Shown here: piece after piece, positions 59,208 to 64,000 of the stretch
Layout: every line of letters begins with the position of its first letter
Position numbering within the stretch: position 1 is the stretch's first letter
Virus record (IMG/VR): IMGVR_UViG_3300032240_003128
Strand: one strand, 5' to 3'
Origin: a virus
Length of the DNA stretch: 64,000 bases
Made by a program: the position numbers and the translations under genes
The notes under the pieces: model-generated
Databases searched by the model: none
What the model was told of the DNA's origin: nothing
The model's input: only the letters and a program-made list of their open reading frames with translations

Positions 59208-60578
59208 ATGGACACTTTTTTTTCTTGTTTTTTCGAAAAACTTTATAAATCAAATTTAAAAATCAACATTATTGGAGATGTGTTGATTGATGAATATTAT
59301 CAGGTAGATGTTGATAGAATTAGTCCAGAATTTCCCATTCCTGTTCATCGTTCTTTTGATGACAAGCCAAATAAAATTTTTTGCGGTGGTGCAGCAAATG
59401 TCGCAGCACAATTTAAAAATTTTAATGTAGATGTTAACCTTATATCTCTTATGAATCCGCAGGCAGAAAAAATTTGCAATTTAAATGGTATTAATACAAA
59501 TTATTCAATCATAGACTCTAAATTTGTCAATTCAAAGAAAAAAAGATTTTATAAGGATTCTCATCCATTGATCAGATGGGATGTAGAAAAACCACAATTA
59601 GGAATTTCTAATATTGATTATTATTTAAATGAAATAAAAATACCTGAAGCTGATATTAACATTTTTTCTGATTACGACAAAGGTTTGTTTTCAACAAATT
59701 GGCACAAGAAATATTTAAAACAAAGCAAATCACTTATTGATCCCAAGAAAAACCTTAATATTTGGGAAGGATGTTATTTGTTTAAACCTAATGCCGTTGA
59801 AGCAAAAAGATTTGTCAATAAGGAAAAAGTTGAAGATCAGTTGAGATGGCTTCAAGCTTTGCTAGGATGTAATAATGTTGTTATTACAAATGCAGGGGAA
59901 TGTGTAGATGCAATCGATGATAATGAAAAAATATATCATGTAACACCTAGCAAGAAAGTAATAAAGCCCGAAAGTGTGATTGGTGCTGGAGATGCATACA
60001 TGGCTTTCTTAGCCATGTCTTTAGGTGTAGGTGTTGATCTATTAGAATCTTTAAATATTTCATTTGAAGCTGGCATTAATTATGTTGCTAATCGTTATAA
60101 TAAACCTTTAAATCCATCAGATTTTTTCGTTGAAGACAAAGTGATTAACAATCCTGCTGTATTGAGAAATAGGGATTTTAGCCTAGTGTGGACTAATGGC
60201 TGCATGGATCTTACACATTACGGACACATATCATCTTTAAAACAAGCAAAATCTTTTGGTGACAAACTTTGTGTTGGTGTTAATTCAGATGAGAGTATAG
60301 CTAAATTGAAGGGTGAAAAAAGACCAATCATACCTTTGTCTCAAAGAATTGAAATGTTAAAAGCAATAAAATATGTAGATTTTATTTTTGTTTTAGAAGA
60401 AGATTTTCCTCAAAGTGTCATTGAATTAATTAAACCAAATGTTTTGGTTAAGGGTGAGGATTGGCGAGGTAAAAAAATTGCCGGTGCCGATGTTGTTGAT
60501 AGAATTGAATTCATTCCTTTAGTTGAAGGTCTATCAACAACTAGCATTATAAATAAAATTATTCATGCTTATGGATAA
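59208..60578 (+). CDS. hldE: Bifunctional heptose kinase/adenylyltransferase (HldE/RfaE-like)
   Basis: RISPE.P.PV, GGAANVA, SDYDKG, GAGD; TNGCMDLTHYGH, LKG..RP, VKGED. Confidence 0.9.
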   Translation: MDTFFSCFFEKLYKSNLKINIIGDVLIDEYYQVDVDRISPEFPIPVHRSFDDKPNKIFCGGAANVAAQFKNFNVDVNLISLMNPQAEKICNLNGINTNYSIIDSKFVNSKKKRFYKDSHPLIRWDVEKPQLGISNIDYYLNEIKIPEADINIFSDYDKGLFSTNWHKKYLKQSKSLIDPKKNLNIWEGCYLFKPNAVEAKRFVNKEKVEDQLRWLQALLGCNNVVITNAGECVDAIDDNEKIYHVTPSKKVIKPESVIGAGDAYMAFLAMSLGVGVDLLESLNISFEAGINYVANRYNKPLNPSDFFVEDKVINNPAVLRNRDFSLVWTNGCMDLTHYGHISSLKQAKSFGDKLCVGVNSDESIAKLKGEKRPIIPLSQRIEMLKAIKYVDFIFVLEEDFPQSVIELIKPNVLVKGEDWRGKKIAGADVVDRIEFIPLVEGLSTTSIINKIIHAYG

Positions 60579-60687
60579 GTTTTGATTTAACAAATGGACA
60601 GTAATGAAATTGTCCAATGATTGTTGAAGTAACACCAACCAAAAAACCCAAAATAAAAGCGACTGTCAACGTAATGAATGTTTTCAT
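60559..60687 (-). CDS. Unannotated 42-aa single-TM protein
   Basis: MKTFITLTVAFILGFLVGVTSTIIGQFHYCPFVKSKLIHKHE; AGGAGG SD. Confidence 0.6.
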   Translation of the reverse strand: MKTFITLTVAFILGFLVGVTSTIIGQFHYCPFVKSKLIHKHE

Positions 60688-60715
60688 TTTTGAGCCCTCC
60701 TAAATAAATAGAGAT

Positions 60716-61081
60716 ATGTTATCATTTAAACAATTTTTAAATAATTTAGAAGAACAAGCTGCCACTACTCCAGCTACTGGTGTTACTCCTGCTGCAAGTA
60801 CAACTCCAGCTACATCTAATCCAACTGCTGCAACTGCTGCCACTACTAATGCATCTGCTAAAACACAGCAAGTACCTCCAGCGACCAGAAGCAAGCTTGA
60901 TGCTGCTGCTCAGAAGAACGCAGCTGCTATGCGGCTTTATCAGACAGGTAAAACAAAAGAAGCGGTTGACACATTGAGAAAAGATCCTAATTTTCAATTA
61001 GCAATGCAAGATTTAACCAAAACAAGTTCTCCAGCTAATGCTTCTCAGTTGGTAAATTTTGCTTTGGGTGGCAATTCATGA
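60716..61081 (+). CDS. Ala/Thr/Pro-rich protein with CTS-like N-terminus
   Basis: MLSFKQFLNNLEE|; TAAATA 5 nt upstream. Confidence 0.75.
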   Translation: MLSFKQFLNNLEEQAATTPATGVTPAASTTPATSNPTAATAATTNASAKTQQVPPATRSKLDAAAQKNAAAMRLYQTGKTKEAVDTLRKDPNFQLAMQDLTKTSSPANASQLVNFALGGNS

Positions 61082-61224
61082 CATTTAAAGATTTTTTAAA
61101 AATTGATGAGGCAAATGGTCATGGCGGTAAACGTCATAACTCATTTACTGTTTTAAGGATGAATTATCGTAATCAACAACCAGTTTCTATTAAAAAACAA
61201 ACAAAAAAACTATTTAAGATTTAA
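61078..61224 (+). CDS. Unannotated 48-aa basic peptide with CTS-like N-terminus
   Basis: MTFKDFLKIDE|ANGHGGKRHNSF...; ATGA and TAATG overlaps at both ends. Confidence 0.75.
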   Translation: MTFKDFLKIDEANGHGGKRHNSFTVLRMNYRNQQPVSIKKQTKKLFKI

Positions 61225-61811
61225 TGCTACTTTTTCCAAAACAAAATTATCAAAAATTCAATTTGGGTATTATTGTTCCTCCTCGCAAGCCATATGATAT
61301 TCTTTCATTTGCTTGTTGGTTTTCTTTTTTTAAATTTTTACCAAAAGTAAAACCAATTATTATTGTGGCAGGAAACACTCCTATTGATTTTGCTATATGG
61401 GCAAGAAAACTTAATTTTCCTGTATTTTATGCTCATGAATGCTTCCATCCTAATCAACTTGTTGGTCTTGACTTATGGGATGAATCTTACGCAATTGTTA
61501 TTTCAAATATTTTTTGTATGAAAAAATTTGATTTTAATAAAAATTTTGATAGCGATTTTATGATAATGCGATCAAAATCTCCTGATAACAAAGAGTTTTT
61601 AATAGATGATATAATGGATAATAATTTTTGTCATGCTGCTTTCTGGAATATTGGAAATAATTTTGAAGAAGTTAGAGATAAGCTAATAAATAATATCGGT
61701 ATATTCTCTAGTGATAAAAGTTTAAATCAAATTAAATTTGAATCTATATGGGAAGATGCTAAACACATAAGAACTCTTTTAAATCAGGAGGTTCGCCATG
61801 AAGAGGTTTGA
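61224..61811 (+). CDS. Hypothetical protein
   Basis: 195-aa coupled ORF. Confidence 0.7.
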   Translation: MLLFPKQNYQKFNLGIIVPPRKPYDILSFACWFSFFKFLPKVKPIIIVAGNTPIDFAIWARKLNFPVFYAHECFHPNQLVGLDLWDESYAIVISNIFCMKKFDFNKNFDSDFMIMRSKSPDNKEFLIDDIMDNNFCHAAFWNIGNNFEEVRDKLINNIGIFSSDKSLNQIKFESIWEDAKHIRTLLNQEVRHEEV

Positions 61812-62073
61812 TTTTGCTTATGGCGATGATGGGTTCGATGATGACGATGAAGAAAATCAAGAGGATCAGGAGAATAACTTCATCGATTCGCAAATGCTAG
61901 CCATGCAGATGGAGCAGAACATTCTTATAGAACAAGAAATTCAAGCTAAACTTTTAGAAGAAGCTTATAAAATCTGCAAAGGTTCGTGGATGTGGTCATT
62001 TATGACGATACCACAAAGAATGAAAAAAGTTAAAATTGTTTACGATGAAATAAAAAAAATTATTGCTGAATGA
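61798..62073 (+). CDS. Small acidic protein
   Basis: GGAGG SD; Asp/Glu-rich N-terminus. Confidence 0.7.
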   Translation: MKRFDFAYGDDGFDDDDEENQEDQENNFIDSQMLAMQMEQNILIEQEIQAKLLEEAYKICKGSWMWSFMTIPQRMKKVKIVYDEIKKIIAE

Positions 62074-62118
62074 TTTTTGTAGACATACTAATTTAAGTTT
62101 GGTCTAAGGGTAACAGTC

Positions 62119-62445
62119 TTGCCTACTTATAATTTCGAATGCAAAAATTGCAATAAAATCTATGAAACACTAGCATCTTTTGACGCAACAGGCAAATATG
62201 CTGGTGTTTCGTGTCCTGATTGCAATTCCAAGAAAAAGAAAAAATTGCTTAATGATGCTAATGTTAAATTTGCTCAACCAAAAGATACGAGCAAATTTGA
62301 TAATTTCAACTATCGGGCAGGATACAACTTAGAACAAGCGCAGAACTTACGCAGAGATGCACAAACTGCATCACACATGGGAACTGATCCATACATGCCT
62401 ATAGATGACATAAACAACGGAAGGCACTTTGGAGAAGTGAAATAA
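62119..62445 (+). CDS. FmdB-family zinc-ribbon protein
   Basis: MPTYNFECKNC...CPDC. Confidence 0.8.
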   Translation: MPTYNFECKNCNKIYETLASFDATGKYAGVSCPDCNSKKKKKLLNDANVKFAQPKDTSKFDNFNYRAGYNLEQAQNLRRDAQTASHMGTDPYMPIDDINNGRHFGEVK

Positions 62446-62516
62446 TTGACATTGGTTAATGAAACACTATATTCATTTTATCATGTCGTAAACGGCACAC
62501 AGAGAGGCAAATTAAT

Positions 62517-64000
62517 ATGGTTACTTTGAGCCAGTTTGTAGACAAGAATAAGCTAGAGCAATTCAACAGATTAAATGAAGTTGTTAGTTTTGAGCAATAT
62601 CTCAATCGTTGTTACACCAATCCAAAACTTGTCAGAAATTCACATCAACGAATTTATGACATGATTGTGTCGCAGGGCACATCTGAAATTGAAAAGTACC
62701 GCAAAAAGGTAATTGTTTATAATTTCTTTGAAAAACACGAACAAATCAAGGTCTTTGGAATTGAAGAACAACTTGAATCACTAGTTGCACACTATAAAGG
62801 TGCTGCTGGTGGCTACGGACCAGAAAAGCGAATCCTTCTTCTTTGCGGTCCTGTAGGATCTGCAAAGTCTACAATTGTTCGTCTTATTAAGCGAAGCATG
62901 GAAGATTATTCTCAAAATGATGCTGGTGCTTGGTTTACATATCGTTGGATCAATTTGCCAACAGGTAGCGATGGTATCTACACTTCTGACACTTGTGAAT
63001 GTCCAATGAATGAAGAGCCGCTCAAGCTTCTTCCATTCGATGTTCGCAAAAAGATTCTTTATGAACTTAACGGCATACACAAAGAACAAGCTGATGTGTC
63101 GCAACACACAACTCTTTACACTCTTGACGTTAAGGGTGAAATTAATCCTAAATGCAAGTTCTTTTATGACAAGTTGCTTGAAAAGTATAATGGTGATTGG
63201 ACTCAAGTTCTTTCCAATCACGTTGAAGTTATTCGCAAGAATTACAATGAAGCCAAGCGTGTAGGTATTGCTTCATTCCAGCCAAAGGATGAAAAAAATC
63301 AAGATAGCACTGAGTTGACAGGAGACATCAACTTTGCTTTATTGCCAACATTTGGTAGTGATTCTGACCCTCGCTGCTTCAATTTTGATGGAGAATTTGA
63401 AGTTGCCAACAGAGGTATCATTGAATTTATTGAAATGTTAAAGCTTGAAGTTGCATTCCTTTATGACCTTTTGGGTGCATCTCAGGAACAATCTATCAAG
63501 CCAAAGAAGTATTCTCAGATTTCGATTGATGAATCAATTATTGGGCATACCAATATGCCAGAATATGAGAAGCTCAAGAACAATCAGTTCATGGAAGCTC
63601 TTAAGGATAGAACTGTCAGAATTGAGATTCCTTATTTGCTTGAATGGAGCAAGGAACTCAAGGTTCTTGAACAGGATTATAATTCAGATAAAATCAAGCA
63701 GCATATTGCTCCACACACTCTTGAAATTGCAGCTTTGTTTGCTGTTCTTACCAGATTGGAAGATGACAAAGATAATAAGATCACGATTACGGAAAAGGCT
63801 GATCTTTATGATGGTAAGATGTTACCCGGATGGACTGTTGATCGTGTGAAAGAACTTCGTGAAAAGAATCCCAATGAAGGGATGATGGGTCTTTCTGCTC
63901 GTTATGTTCAAGACAAAGTTTCTTCTACCTTGTCAAGCCGACACGATTATATCAATCCATTTATGGTTCTTAATGCGCTTAAGAGTGGTCTTGATAATCA
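62517..64000 (+). CDS. prkA: PrkA/YeaG-family AAA+ Ser kinase (runs off the window)
   Basis: Not in ORF track. Manual translation: SFEQYL..NSHQRIYDMI..RILLLCGPVGSAKST..QPKDEKNQDSTELTG..ANRGIIEFIE; preceded by TTGACA-16-TATATT. Confidence 0.92.
   Translation, partial: MVTLSQFVDKNKLEQFNRLNEVVSFEQYLNRCYTNPKLVRNSHQRIYDMIVSQGTSEIEKYRKKVIVYNFFEKHEQIKVFGIEEQLESLVAHYKGAAGGYGPEKRILLLCGPVGSAKSTIVRLIKRSMEDYSQNDAGAWFTYRWINLPTGSDGIYTSDTCECPMNEEPLKLLPFDVRKKILYELNGIHKEQADVSQHTTLYTLDVKGEINPKCKFFYDKLLEKYNGDWTQVLSNHVEVIRKNYNEAKRVGIASFQPKDEKNQDSTELTGDINFALLPTFGSDSDPRCFNFDGEFEVANRGIIEFIEMLKLEVAFLYDLLGASQEQSIKPKKYSQISIDESIIGHTNMPEYEKLKNNQFMEALKDRTVRIEIPYLLEWSKELKVLEQDYNSDKIKQHIAPHTLEIAALFAVLTRLEDDKDNKITITEKADLYDGKMLPGWTVDRVKELREKNPNEGMMGLSARYVQDKVSSTLSSRHDYINPFMVLNALKSGLDN

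Noticed and set aside
60559-60687. MKTF start as another capsid-targeting tag
   Set aside because: It is followed by a hydrophobic TM segment with no acidic/aromatic pattern or x-x-E site, so it reads as a signal anchor.
62781-63849. Three ORFs listed in the track
   Set aside because: Alternative frames inside the PrkA gene, which the track missed because it has no stop within the window.
1-64000. Alternative genetic code (stop-codon reassignment), as in some large phages
   Set aside because: Conserved genes are full length in the standard code, and TAA, TGA and TAG all end genes at expected positions.

Overview
The window is a 64-kb, AT-rich, gene-dense stretch of a large T4-like (contractile-tailed, probably jumbo) bacteriophage read in the standard bacterial code. 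No tRNA, rRNA, CRISPR array or transposon is visible. It holds: (i) neck and tail genes (gp13-, gp14-, gp15-like, sheath, two tail tubes, gp26-like hub) and a gp55-like late sigma factor; (ii) replication, recombination and nucleotide genes (divergent family-A polymerase, DnaB/gp41 helicase, gp32-like SSB, RecA/UvsX, UvsW, Ski2-like helicase, Mre11/Rad50, resolvase, NrdJ, ThyX, dCMP deaminase, dNMP kinase); (iii) accessory genes (glycosyltransferases, sulfotransferase, Ntn amidotransferase, HldE, MoxR+vWA, papain-like protease, PrkA). Main signals found by reading the sequence: about 20 otherwise unrelated proteins share a T4 internal-protein-like capsid-targeting N-terminus; a 255-bp nested palindrome with two C-GAA-G DNA mini-hairpins lies between divergent replication genes; a probable -1 frameshift extends the gp26-like gene; a T4 gene-32-like pseudoknot precedes the SSB; TA(A/T)ATA late promoters appear leaderless and sometimes bidirectional; one gene needs an ATT start; and an A8 tract puts a targeting signal out of frame. 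All family calls come from motif recognition by eye, not database searches.
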